A stretch of DNA of 63,880 bases, filler included, from Octopus bimaculoides (GCF_001194135.2; 8 parts of 8 records of this genome joined end to end with filler, not necessarily neighbours in it); one strand, 5' to 3'; positions 12,795 through 26,354 are shown, counted from the whole stretch's first letter. A program made the numbers and translations. Notes: generated by a model not told the origin, from the sequence alone.

Positions 12795-13060
12795 GTAGCA
12801 CTCCGTCGGTTACGACAACGAGGGTTCCAGTTGATCCGATCAATGGAACAGCCAGCTCGTGAAATGAACGTGTTAGGGGTTCAGCACTCCACATACACGT
12901 GTACTCTTAACGTAATTCTCGGAGAGATTCAGCGTGGCACAGTGTGTGGAGCTTTAGGTGTTTTCGTTCAATAAACACTCACAAAGCCCAGTCTGGGAAT
13001 CGAAACCGCGATCCCACGACCGCGAGTCCGCTGCTCTAACATCTGGACCATCGCACCTGC
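12795..13060 (-). mobile_element. SINE family C (internally deleted)
   Basis: Matches 2712-3097: GAGGGTTCCAGTTGATCCGATCAA and TGGGAATCGAAACCGCGATCC. Confidence 0.75.
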
Positions 13061-15293
13061 ACACACGCGCACATACACATCGTAATGAAAGAATTGTTAA
13101 ATATATTCAAATATATTTTACATAAAGCAGATATCTGATATAGGACCCAATATGTTGTGGGGGGAGGGGGAGTGGATAGATATGTTTAGTATATTAGAAG
13201 CTGACAGTCAACGTTGAGTATCGGTCTGAGCTGAGTTGTTCACTATTAGTCAGTCGTGAACAGTCGTGAACAGTCATAAACAGTGAATCCAAGGATGAAA
13301 TTCAGAACTGATCGCCAACTTTTTATATAATAAATGTGTGTATGTGTGAATATGTGCGTGTGTATGCGTATATATGTATGTGTGTTCTCGCAATCATTCT
13401 CACGCGTGTTTGTACATGTACGAGATACAGCGGGCTGTTTGTATACATATGTCTATATACTTGTGCTTCTTTCTGAACATATCTGTATGCTGTGAATATG
13501 TGTGTGCATGTGTGTGTGTGTATTTGGATGTGTGAGCGCGGGCGTGTTTCAAAATATGGAGGACTTTCAAGAAACGTATAATAAGACTTTGAATAATTAT
13601 TTGTTGATATCAGTCCTAGCTTGGTGTTATGATGATAGAAATTTGCTGAATAAGGCCGTGTTGAGAGATCTATCAATACAAGTTCAAAACTCCAAACGAA
13701 TAAAACACTCACTTATTAACACACTGCACCAGCTGCTTGCACGTATAAAGCTGCACTTATTCATAATTTATTTACAGCTGAATGAATTAAACCAAAGCGA
13801 GTAACATATCTTTGTCTTAGGTAATAGCCGCATTGGAACAAACAGATGTTTGACCGGTCATCGAAAAGCCGATCAATTCGTTTAGTTGCGACTCTACTGA
13901 ATTAACTTGATCAAAGCTAACAAAATTGAATGGTGAAGTTATTATAAAGACATATTTACCTTTGACTTTGCATCGGAAGAAATAGTTTTTTCAATCACTG
14001 TCTTCTGAATAGAGCTATGTTTTGACATGGTATCTGATATTTTTAAAATAATAGAGAAAAAATAAATATCTTAATTGTGAAGAAGTGAAGTTGAGTAAAA
14101 ATCATATTTATGCATAACTGCTTCACGTACGCCAATCCCCAACAATCTTACACATGAGCTTCTAGAAATAGCAGCCGCTGAAAAGCCTCGAGTCAAAACA
14201 AAATCACATTTATACACCTAAAGTACCCATGACCAGAAGGAATCACTGCACTCACCAATATATAAAACTACACTTACTACCTTCTCTGTGAGCATCATCA
14301 GAATCTACAGGTGTACAGAAAGTGTGGTTTTCAGTAGGGCATAGATGCCATATATGGTAATATAAATATATATGTATNNNNNNNNNNNNNNNNNNNNNNN
14401 NNNNNNNNNNNNNNNNNNNNNNNNNNNNNNNNNNNNNNNNNNNNNNNNNNNNNNNNNNNNNNNNNNNNNNNNNNNNNNNNNNNNNNNNNNNNNNNNNNNN
14501 NNNNNNNNNNNNNNNNNNNNNNNNNNNNNNNNNNNNNNNNNNNNNNNNNNNNNNNNNNNNNNNNNNNNNNNNNNNNNNNNNNNNNNNNNNNNNNNNNNNN
14601 NNNNNNNNNNNNNNNNNNNNNNNNNNNNNNNNNNNNNNNNNNNNNNNNNNNNNNNNNNNNNNNNNNNNNNNNNNNNNNNNNNNNNNNNNNNNNNNNNNNN
14701 NNNNNNNNNNNNNNNNNNNNNNNNNNNNNNNNNNNNNNNNNNNNNNNNNNNNNNNNNNNNNNNNNNNNNNNNNNNNNNNNNNNNNNNNNNNNNNNNNNNN
14801 NNNNNNNNNNNNNNNNNNNNNNNNNNNNNNNNNNNNNNNNNNNNNNNNNNNNNNNNNNNNNNNNNNNNNNNNNNNNNNNNNNNNNNNNNNNNNNNNNNNN
14901 NNNNNNNNNNNNNNNNNNNNNNNNNNNNNNNNNNNNNNNNNNNNNNNNNNNNNNNNNNNNNNNNNNNNNNNNNNNNNNNNNNNNNNNNNNNNNNNNNNNN
15001 NNNNNNNNNNNNNNNNNNNNNNNNNNNNNNNNATATATATATATATATATATATATAGCGATATATAGCAAGAAATTGAGGTTATGAGAGATAATGGTGT
15101 CAAGAAGACCCAAAGGTATCAGGTAATGCTGAGTAAGTGCTATGGACAGACTATAGTTAAGCTCCAGGTTCGGTGATTATGCGAATGATGAGTCCAACGT
15201 ATGTCACATATCAGCATGTGTATATATACAAAAATTGACAGAATGAGATAAAAAATCCAAGGCTGTGAAAGATTTCAGAACATTTATAAATAG

Positions 15294-15341
15294 GTCATAC
15301 ACCTGTTTCCGGGATATTTTATATATCTCTTCATCGGAGAC
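15294..15341 (-). ncRNA. Degenerate minimal type I hammerhead-ribozyme-like motif (Penelope pLTR type)
   Basis: The minus strand reads GTCT-CCGATGA-AGAGATATATAAAATATCCCG-GAAA-CAGGTGT-A-TGAC. Stem I is GTCT/TGAC (3 of 4 pairs), stem II is GATAT/ATATC, helix III is the near-palindromic ACAG(G)TGT, and the cleavage triplet is GUA. It has a U4-to-C deviation. Confidence 0.45.
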
Positions 15342-16242
15342 GGTGTGAGAAAATGGTTAAGCAATAGTTATTCTAGATAAGATATGAAAAAGAGAGTGAG
15401 GTGGAGGAATGAAAATAGACGTGAGATATGCAGGGACATTGTATCTTCAATTCCACTATTTACACAGAATAGTATATATATATATAAGATTCCTGTACAT
15501 TGTGATTAAGTTGCAATAGTATTTAAGATTGGTCATTCCAAGCACAGAGTTTGTAAACGGTGTTATTGAATCGAGGTCCTTTTTTTTTTTGAAGTGACTA
15601 AAAAGTTGGGAATGTATTTGTAAGGTCACATCAAAAAACAGGAAGAGAGGAAAAAAGAAAGGAAGAAAGAAAAAAGAAAAGCGGGGAGAGAGATAATAGA
15701 GAAATGAAGAGAGGGAAAGTGTACTGGTTAGTGGTCAGTCAGGTTAAATTGATATGAGGAATGGGGAGGTGAGGGTGATAGAGAGAGAAAGATATGAGGT
15801 AATAAAAAGATGAGAGGATAAATTGTAAAGGAGTGTCAGGTATGTAGTGATAGAGCCTAAGTGAGGAGCAGAGAGAGGAGGTAGGGGTAGTAAAATGGTG
15901 GAATGAAGAATTTGGGAATATAGGTTAGGTTACTTAGAGGACAGGTCAATGCTTAGTAGTAGAAGAATATATATANNNNNNNNNNNNNNNNNNNNNNNNN
16001 NNNNNNNNNNNNNNNNNNNTTAATTAATTAANNNNNNNNNNNNNNNNNNNNNNNNNNNNNNNNNNNNNNNNNNNNATGCACTTATATAAAATGTTTATTG
16101 AATTACTAACAAGCACTGTAAAACTGACAAAGATCTGCTTTATCTTGATTCTATCTGATCCTGGGTCAGCTGTTATCAGTTACCATTTGTTTTGTTTAAA
16201 ACTCCAGAGATTTATGCAGAAATTTTATGGTAAATAGCTTGC

Positions 16243-16612
16243 TTACCAACCGCAAGTTTCCGGGTTCAGTCTCACTGCGTGGTACCTTGGGCGAGTGTCT
16301 TCTACTATAGCCTCAGGTCGACCAACGCCTTGTAAGATTTGGTAGACAGAAACTGAAAGAAGCCCGTCGTATATATATATATAAATGTGTGTGTGTGTGT
16401 GCGTGTGTTTGTGTGTCTGTGTTTGTACCCCCACAATCGCTTGACAACCGATGATGGTGTGCTTACGTTCTCGTAATTTAGCGGTTCGGCAAAAAAGACC
16501 GATAAAATAAATATTAGGCTTACAAAGAATAAGTCCTGGGGTCGATTTGTTCGACTAAAGGCGGTGCTCCAGCATGGCCGCAGTCAAATGACTGAAACAA
16601 ATAAAAGAATAA
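16243..16612 (+). mobile_element. tRNA-derived SINE family A (octopus type, internal TA/TG microsatellite)
   Basis: CCGGGTTCAGTCTCACTGCGTGGTACCTTGGGCGAGTG...GAAACTGAAAGAAGCCCGTCG-(TA)n(TG)n-...GGTGCTCCAGCATGGCCGCAGTCAAATGACTGAAACAA. Confidence 0.85.
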
Positions 16613-16994
16613 ATACCTGGATTCTGCTTATACGTACTCTCTGAATATACTTATCACAATTTCAACAGCATTAAATATTTATTATGTTGGCACGATGTTA
16701 CCCACATTTAAGGCTAGAAATAAAATAAGTGATGATTGCATTCATATTTGCGGGCCCCCGCGGCAGATTTGATTCCGTTGCTATTTGAATTCTGAAATTA
16801 AGTTCAATGCTGTACCGATTCTTTGTTGAGCAACGAAAAAAATGTATTTCTGTGTTCATTTAGATCCAGGAGCTCAGAGATGAATTTTATTAGGGGTACA
16901 AGAGTTCTTCCAACTTCGCTTCTTAAAATGTGAACGTTAGTCTTCAATATGTGCAAATACTTCCTGCGACCCTAGAAAATATCCGAATTCGAGA

Positions 16995-17046
<52 letters not shown>

Positions 17047-17759
17047 NNNNNNNNNNNNNNNNNNNNNNNNNNNNNNNNNNNNNNNNNNNNNNNNNNNNNN
17101 NNNNNNNNNNNNNNNNNNNNNNNNNNNNNNNNNNNNNNNNNNNNNNNNNNNNNNNNNNNNNNNNNNNNNNNNNNNNNNNNNNNNNNNNNNNNNNNNNNNN
17201 NNNNNNNNNNNNNNNNNNNNNNNNNNNNNNNNNNNNNNNNNNNNNNNNNNNNNNNNNNNNNNNNNNNNNNNNNNNNNNNNNNNNNNNNNNNNNNNNNNNN
17301 NNNNNNNNNNNNNNNNNNNNNNNNNNNNNNNNNNNNNNNNNNNNNNNNNNNNNNNNNNNNNNNNNNNNNNNNNNNNNNNNNNNNNNNNNNNNNNNNNNNN
17401 NNNNNNNNNNNNNNNNNNNNNNNNNNNNNNNNNNNNNNNNNNNNNNNNNNNNNNNNNNNNNNNNNNNNNNNNNNNNNNNNNNNNNNNNNNNNNNNNNNNN
17501 NNNNNNNNNNNNNNNNTGGTTATGTTAGAAATCGATCTTTATTTCAAACAGGTACATATATTTTGAGGAAAGGGTGAAGCCACTGTAATCGACTGGTACT
17601 TTGTTTCATTGACTCAGGAAGCATGAAAAGGTAAACCTGATCTTATTGAGATTTAAAATCAAACCGTAAAAAAAATACAATAGTAATTCAAAGAATTTTG
17701 TCCAACACAACTATCAATGCTGCCACCGTTTGCTCTCTATAGCATAAAAATATTCTTTT

Positions 17760-17960
17760 CTACTCTAGACACAAGGCCCGAAATATTGGGGGAGGGAGCC
17801 AGTCGATTAGATCGACCTCAGTACGCAACTGGTATTTAATTTATCGACCTCGAAAGGAAACGTCGACCTTGGCGGAATTTGAACTCAGAACATGAAGACA
17901 GACGAAGTACCGCTACGTATTTCGTCCGGCGTGCCAACAATTCTGCCAGATCACTGCCTT
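17760..17960 (-). mobile_element. SINE family B
   Basis: GTCGATTAGATCGACCTCAGTACGCAACTGGTA...GGCGGAATTTGAACTCAGAAC. Confidence 0.75.
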
Positions 17961-18329
17961 GTAGCATAAAAATATTAAATTCATATATAGGAGTCAGACC
18001 GGAAATTGTCAGGAAGAGGAAAGTCGATTATATTGAATCTAATACTTGATTTGTGCTTTATTTTATCGATAGATGGAAAAACGAAAGAAATATTGAGCTC
18101 AGAACCGTAAATAACCGTAATTAAGTATTGTAAGGTCTATTTCTCCGATGCTTTATCGATTCTGTCAGGTGATCGCCATGTTATAAGGGAGATATTAACA
18201 CTATTGAAACTCATTGAAATGGCAGAAATGTTAGTGTGTAATTTCTATCGTATTTTAGTTAACTCTTCTACTCTTTCGTGTCCCGACCACTGACGGGATT
18301 GATTTTGTCCAATTTTCACAAGAGAGTGA

Positions 18330-18595
18330 AGGCATGTGACCTACTGGTTAGGGTGTTGCAATCCCGATTTTGCGATCGTGATTTCGATTTCTGGACCAGA
18401 ACAGTGCGTTGTGTTTTTGAGGAAAACACTTCTTTTCACGTCGCTCCAGTCTCAACCTACTCAACTGTAAATGAGTGACCCTGCAGTGGACTGGCATCCC
18501 GTTCAGACTGAAGGGGTTGTTGCAGACTCGGTCAATCAGATGGAAAGGAAAACGATAACCGGCTCTATGAGTCGTGGGAATCGAGGTAGTACTTT
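18330..18595 (+). mobile_element. tRNA-derived SINE family E (diverged)
   Basis: A/B-box-like head GGCATGTGACCTACTGGTTAGGGTG...GATTTCGATTTCTGG, then GTAAATGAGTGACCCTGCAGTGGACTGGCATCCCGTTCAG. A related segment lies at 61300-61510. Confidence 0.55.
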
Positions 18596-20435
18596 ACTAC
18601 CCGCAGGAGTGGTGCGATTAAATAAATACCAGTAATCTACTAGTTTTCATTAGTAGATCGGTTGTATTTTTTTCTGGAGATCATTGACTTTCAGCAATGT
18701 ACGGTGTGTGCACTATACGTGCATACCCGTCCCTCTTCTCTTCTTAACTTACCCCATAGAACCGCATTCCCAACAGTCCCCGAGTCCACCCATTTTCCCT
18801 CTAAACACTTTTTGAATTTCACTCTTCTACATTTCTGAAGTTTTCTTCTTACTAAGGACAAGCATCTGAAACATGAAAACGCTTTCTCTTCCTTTTAATT
18901 ACTATGCTAACAGAATATTTGTTGCATTGTCTGCTTTCATTTTGAGTTCATTGCTTTCATAATATANNNNNNNNNNNNNNNNNNNNNNNNNNNNNNNNNN
19001 NNNNNNNNNNNNNNNNNNNNNNNNNNNNNNNNNNNNNNNNNNNNNNNNNNNNNNNNNNNNNNNNNNNNNNNNNNNNNNNNNNNNNNNNNNNNNNNNNNNN
19101 NNNNNNNNNNNNNNNNNNNNNNNNNNNNNNNNNNNNNNNNNNNNNNNNNNNNNNNNNNNNNNNNNNNATATATGGAGTTGAATGTTCTCAAGTGTAGGTC
19201 ACAGTCTTTTACTCGGGTAAGTGAAATTTTATAGAGCGGAAAATCTTTTCAAGGTTATAAGAAATTTCTTTCCAAGAAGAGTATGGAAGTCATTATTTTT
19301 CTGATACCTTCTAAAAGAAAAAAAGAAAGGAAGAAGAACAAAAAAACAAGGAAATTTTACTTAAAGCTAACTCTTGAAAGCTTTTTGTAGAATTTTACAT
19401 TAAATCGATTCGCCAAGTGTGTAGTTTGTACACGAACCTATGACGGAGCCACTTTGTGAAAATAAGCGAAGAACTGCTTAATCTCGTCTTCCCAGCAAAA
19501 TTCACACATAATGTGTAATTGTGTGAGGAATACATTCCATCAGAAATAAAAGCACAATAAGTGAAAGACTAATGGTTATGGCTACCATACAGTCGTCAGC
19601 CGAATAACCTTACCGCTAATCCACGAGCCTTTGTATTTCCAGAATATCTAGGATTTATTTACTGACAGCAAGGTGAACATTGTCTTTGTCTTACTTATCC
19701 CAGTGAAATGGTTGTTGTGGGTCTGCGAAAAAATGCTCTTTCTTGACCTCTTTCACGTTGCAAAGAAGAGAGAGAGAGAAGGGGAAGAGGAAGAGGAGGA
19801 GAGATTGACGTGGAGACGGCATTGGGATAAGAAAGAAAAAAATAGTCCCCGATACTAAACTGGTTCTTTACGGAAGGAATGAAGTCAGATAAAAAGGTGG
19901 CTTATCAGAGATTTGAACTCAGAGTGCAGAGAACTGACACAAATAATACATGACATTTCTATCCGACGCTCTAACCGACTCTGCTAAATCACGCCTTCGT
20001 AAGGCGACCAGTGGTAAGGTTAAATTAAATATACTGCTGTAATATCAATTAAATATCTGTAGTAGATTTATGATATAAGCCAATACCATTTCTATACAAA
20101 TTACTCTTGGGCATAAATGTCTTCTATCCTTCTTGTATATATCCAAACCAAGTAGACGCTGGAGCCCAGGAGGAGCAATGGCTGTGCTGGTGATGTTTAC
20201 TGAGGCAGAAACACGTGTTCAATAGCTCTTCTCTTGTTCCCAGATGATCAGATTGTCTTTTCCTTAATGTCATATCACCTTCGGAGGAATTCTGATACTC
20301 AATATTATCTCTTGAAGAGAAGATAATTTCAATAAATAAAAAAATTAAATTTAATTTACCTTTATTAATCTTTATTAAATTTAATATACCTTTGTTAATC
20401 TTTATTCTATCTGTTTCTCTCTCTCTTTCTCTCTT

Positions 20436-20508
<73 letters not shown>

Positions 20509-20803
20509 CTCACTCTCGCTTACCTTTTCTCACTCTCCATTTTAAAAAATTCTTTTCATGAAGGACTAACGTCTGAAATATCAAAGGGCTTTCCTTTCCT
20601 TTTAAGCGTTAAATCTACGCAGCAGTTGTTAAAACTTGTCCCTCCTATATTGTCTTCCTTTTTCTGCTCATTGCGAAGCATATATGCTCGATGTAGTTAA
20701 GAGAAGAATTGAAGCAAAAATAAACAAGCAAGACATTCAGATAAATTATGTTCAAGAAATACATTTTATTACTGAAAAATCACTAATAATAAAAGAAATA
20801 AAT

Positions 20804-20931
20804 TCATAAAGTCATTTTCTTCGTATTACGGGTGCAGAGCACGACTATGCTGAAACAGGTCGAAATAAAAATTACGGCGATACCAGAGATGAAAAAGGAC
20901 ATGTTGTAAGAATACATGTCGGCGATCATAC
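20804..20931 (-). CDS. SLC16-like transporter exon 5 (last; TM12 and stop)
   Basis: Acceptor TATATTCTACAG|GT ATG ATC GCC GAC, encoding (G)MIADMYSYNMSFFISGIAVIFISTCFSIVVLCTRNTKKMTL*. Not in the ORF track. Confidence 0.85.
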
Positions 20932-21156
20932 CTGTAGAATATAACAGAGCATACAGAAAATGTTTGATTTAATTATCAATACTTTTTAAATAATTACATC
21001 TCTCTCCCCTCTCTCTCTCTCTTTTCTCTCTTTCCTCTCTCTCCCGTACTCACTCTCTCTTCCCCTTCCCTCTCTCAGTAAATACATACATACATACATA
21101 CATACATTTTTGGGGGGGTTTTATACTGTGCATAACTGCCTAAGTTATTTTATATA

Positions 21157-21189
<33 letters not shown>

Positions 21190-24100
21190 TTATTTATTAG
21201 TGGCACCTTAACATTATAAAAATAAAGAAAAACGAAGCAAGAGGAAACAGGTCAATGTAATGAGAAATCAAGACCTGACAATAATAGCAATGGCCTTAGA
21301 GAAATGAGTGTCAGATGTGTGACAAGGCATTGTGTAGCATACTGAATCCTTTGCTCAGTCTTACACCACTGCCGAGGTGTTGTTTGCTTTTAAATATTCG
21401 GGAAAGGTTTCCGATTTGAGGATAACTTTTTCCCTCCCAAAAACCCAGACTATCACCAGATCATTTTGCAGTAAACTCTCATGGAAATGAAAAAGAAAAA
21501 ATATCTCAATTGCCATCAATTTTTAGCTGTTCCAAAAGAGGGTTAATTGTGTTCATAGTAGAGATCTGTGAAGGTTTGTGCAAGCCATGAACTTTAACTC
21601 TTCCTCCAGGATCAAACCATTGAAAACAAAAATTGTAAAGCTATGTAAAAGAAACATTTATAATTGTAATACTCGAAGCTCTGATGCTCAATATAAAATG
21701 ATTGAAGAGTTCCGGTCCACTTACCTGCAAAAGGTCCAGAACAGCTGAAACCAATTCCAAGGCAACTAGCCGAAAGACCCCATCCAAGACCATATTTTTC
21801 AGGGCCGACTATCCTTAATAAAATGACCATTGACATTGCTACGTGAAGCCCCAACGTGAAACCACTTGCTATGCCAAATGCAAGAGAATATTTGTATGTT
21901 GATGTGAAACTCAGAGCAATGAAGGACGCGCCACACATGTAACAGAATATACTGAATAAAATGAAGTGAGGGATTTTAAAACGATTCAAAATTCCAACCA
22001 AGAACCTTCCCACTGCATTGGACAGCAAGTAATAAGTCAATAGAGCTGTGCTATCTGATAGATTGTAACCTAAAATAATTGAAATAAAGAATAATTAGTA
22101 CATTACAATATTGATAATACTCATTTCTTATGGATTGGTATCATATCATTGGATCATATCATTGGTAGTAGAATCTCGGACGAATGGGGTGTTGATAGGA
22201 ATCGATTTTTAAGACAGCTCGTCTGACTCTGAGTCCGACCAGCATCCACTTCTGACCGATAACTCCACGAACTGTCTGCATAAGACTGCGCACCAGCTCA
22301 TAAGCAAAGGCTTTGACTGATCTCTTAAACTAGACCGAAGGTAGCTGACCAGTTTTAAGCTCGCGGCAAAATTCTGTGAGGGATTGTCACCCTACGCATG
22401 CAAAAACTCTATTTGCTGTGGATTGTATGGCGAAAACCCAATCAAGAGTGTCAAGTTTCGACAAGGCACAAGCTTAGAACACAATGAGATGCACAGATCA
22501 CCATCGTTATATCACTGAAACCTTTGTATTTATCAGTCGTCTGGACTAGTTGCCACTGGTTCAGTAAGTCATGGACGTAACCATTCCTCACTATAATCTA
22601 AATTCAGTGCAAAGCAGGGCTCGATGTTTTTAAAACCGTAAACAGATAGCTAACTTTTCGTTACTGCGGTCGAAGTATCACGTTTAATGGCGACAGTAAA
22701 ATACTGTCATCTGCCTAGTTTCCTCGCCCCTGTTGTATAGATGAAAGCAGATACGAATTTCTGGCCGCCTGCACAACTGGGTCCGCTTGATATTTTTTAA
22801 GAAGTAGGTTGAAGAAGTGAAGCCTTGGTAATCTTCGAGAAAGAAAACAAAGGTGAGTCAGATCCCATTCCCTGCCGAAATATTCCATGTACTTCAAAAG
22901 ATCTTTGGAATTGAATAAACGTCTCAACTTCCGTTCTTACTGTTTACTTAATTCTATAGAGTCAATAATTGTTGGAACCTTCAGGTAAGTAAAGATCAAA
23001 TGAGTAACTTTTGTAGAGAATTAGTAATAACGCTACACCCCACCCACGTGACGAATAGAGTAAACTAGTCACTATAACTAAAAGAGAAGTACGTGAAGTA
23101 CCAGAGTACGTAGCAGCCAGTTTTTGGTCATTTTTGATCCCTGTTGGACGTGAGCCGCATTGTTAAATATTTGTTGAAAGTCCTCCCTCGTAGGTGTACC
23201 TGCGATTATTGATTGTTGAAATTACTGTTACTGTTGTTTGCATACGAACTTGTTAAAATGTGTTTGTTTTCTTCCCATTTATGGGAGATATAGAACAAGT
23301 ACCAGCAAAAGGCCACAGTTATGCGGCAGCAACTGGCAGGGGAGTGGACTCTGACGCTTTGGAGGTTCGTGAGGTGAAGGTAGAACCGAAGAAGCTGAAA
23401 GAGTGTGAAAAGCTGTTGAAAATGGAAGGTAATACTTTAAACTTAACCCTACCAGCTGAACTAACGGATAGCGTGATAAAAGAAGAAACAAATAAAAAAA
23501 AAACAAGGACAAAACGAGAGAAGACTGAATATTGTAAGGCATTTAGCTTGATAGTGCTATTTTCCTGATCGTTCATAACCTTAGAAAAGATAAATGAGAA
23601 CTGCGTGTCGTATTGTGGTGAGACGTTTATTCCCTTTTCAAGGGTATCAAAGTCTCAGAGATGTATCTAAAGAGTATGGGTTCAAATGGGAATTGAAGCT
23701 TGATCGTTCGTGGACTTTGCTGAAAGGTAACATAAGTTTTCTCAATCGGCAACATACAATTGGCTTTTACTTTAATTATTTATTTATCTATTTGACTACT
23801 CAGAAAGGCCTTATATCTAAAGGAGGAGGAAAATTAAGTTACGATATTCATTCATTTCTCAATGGATTTAACGCCGAAATGCCGTTGAAAAGATTGCAAG
23901 CAGAGATCAAAAATGCGTTGATTGCAACTTTAGAGAAGTCAGTTCAGTGGGTTATGCAGAATACGAAATATATATTTCCCTCGGTACATCTAGTAAGATG
24001 TACTGAACTTACAGAAGTTAAAGTTTCAAAAACTTTAAAGTGCTGGTTTGGAGACCTTGACCAATTTAATTACATCTCTCTTTTATGTTATCATTCCACA

Positions 24101-26354
24101 TCTTACTGCAGTAGTCTTCGCTGTTAATCCCTCTAGTGGAAAATAAAACAAAATACTAGAAACATACGCGAATTGATACACCTTATCCTACAAAAGGGTT
24201 AGCTTGGGCCAGTGTTAGATCATTTATTTGTACTAAACGGTTTTTACTTACCGAGTTGTAAACCAAAATCCACCAACATTTGGCTTAGTACAGAAATTGA
24301 GAAGCTATCAAAAGCTGACCAAAACAAGTAAGCTACAAATCGTGGGTTTTTAACCATTTCCTTGAAGTATCTTCGTATCGTCTTCATTGATCTGTTTGCT
24401 TTAGCTATTGCTTTTTGTTCCGGTGCAAGTTTCTGTGATTTAAAGAACATGGCCATCACACTCGCATTGAACATAATTCCACCAACCAAAAGATAGTTTC
24501 CTCTCCAATCATATTCTTTGATAAACTGTATCATTATTTTAGGCCAAACAGCAGAACCGATCCCTGTCCCCATTGAAGTAAAAGCAACAGCAGCATTTTG
24601 TTTGTCTTTGAAGTAGATTGGAATTGCTGCAAACGAGGAAATGGTTAGCAGGCTGATACCGATACCTATATAAAATATAAGAAAAAATAAATTAAACACT
24701 CTCACTTAGTTAAAATACTGGTTTCCTTTTTGATAGACATTGAGTATAGAAAACCCATTTTATAGGGAAGTAATTAAGAATTAGTAAAAAATTGACACAA
24801 ATTTCGTTCCATTTATATTACACTCCAATACACACCTCATTTCAAAGTTAAGAATTCTGGTTCCTTTTGTTCATTTTTTCTTATAAACGGCAGTAAGTTC
24901 TTTTTTTGGTTAGGGTATGATAACTTTACAACATAAGGAGAGGGGGCCGTTTTGTTTTCTATTTAGCTTGTTTGCGGCACTTCAACCCCTCTAAATAAGA
25001 CTGAAAAAGCCTTAATCAAGAACTGCACAATGTGACACGACCCTCCCATCTCACAACAGACTCCTCTTGTTGTCAAAGAAATGAAGTCACTCCATCTGGA
25101 CGTCTATCATAAGTTCTGCTTAAGTTCTAAAAGTTCGAGAATTGATGTAACATTCACACACGTTAAATGAGGCGGTTGATTTTGACACAAGAAAAACGAC
25201 CGTTATTGAGTTTGTAAGAGAAGCCGTGGATACCATCATATCTTTTATTCAGATACAATAGCTCATACATCAATAAATTCAGTTGAATGGTTACTTATGT
25301 TCCCCGTTGCTCTTTTGAAGCACTTGCTTAAGAATGAAGACTTCATAGGTTTGGACCAGGGTATTGAATAACAATATATCAGCTAATTTCATGAAGGTGT
25401 AATTCTATGTACGGAAAGGGTATCCACAGTTTCCCTTACAAACTCAGTAACGACCGTTTTCCTTGTCGTGTCGAAATCAACCGCTTCATTCAACGTGTGT
25501 AGCCCACATTAATGTTGCATCAATTCTCGAACCTTCAGAACTTGAGTAGATCTGATGATAGCCGTCCAAATGGAGTAAATTCATTTCTTTGACAACAGGA
25601 TAGGATGGCAGTGTCACATTGTGCAGTTCTCAAGGCCTTTTCAATTCAGAGGTACTGAAGAGCCGCAAACAAGCTGAATAGATAACCTATATCTCCTCCA
25701 GTTTTGAAACTACGAGTGAAAATATTTCTTCAACAGCCAATTACCAAAAGCTGCTTTGGCTTTGTATATGGTGTATGTGCAGAGATTTCACTTACCTCCT
25801 ATAATTCCTATACATATAATGATGTAATAGATCTGCGGTGCAAACGCCGATGCCGCAAATCCTATGGCAGCAAACACACTACCACACAAAATTGAGAGCC
25901 TAAGACCAATTTTTTCTATTATCATTCCCATGAAAAATCCTGAAATTACAAAATGTTAGAAACATATTCAGTTTCCAATAGATTTCAGTGTCAATATCAA
26001 CAAACGCATTTATGAACAGACTAGGCGGTATACACAGAAATAAGCGCCCCCATCCCGAGAGTGGTGGTGGTGGGGAAATCTCGTTGGTGCAAGAGCGACT
26101 GAAAAAAATTAATAAAAATTGAGTGACAATGGATTAGTCTTGATAACTACCACCCACAGCTGTGTTGTGGCATTTCAAATACTGCAATTATTTCCAGCTT
26201 CGTGGGCAGAAATTTGACTTTGTACAAGGATTTAACAATATATATATATATATAATCTTTACATATTTACGCAAAAATAAGATTCCCCACAGAAGATCAT
26301 AGTAACATAAAACTTAAGTCACGAGAAAACATTTAGTATATGTGTATGTAAGTA

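Noticed and set aside
20124-20513. Minus-strand ORF as a possible last transporter exon
   Set aside because: The true terminal exon with TM12 and a stop is 20804-20931. This ORF starts in a (GA)n tract and lies in or after the 3' UTR.
22715-22927. Minus-strand ORF suggesting a head-to-head pair with 23260-24127 (circovirus-like layout)
   Set aside because: There is no Rep motif and no nonanucleotide stem-loop (TAGTAATAAC near 23021 is not in a hairpin). The homology signal is on the plus strand, so this ORF is probably an antisense shadow.
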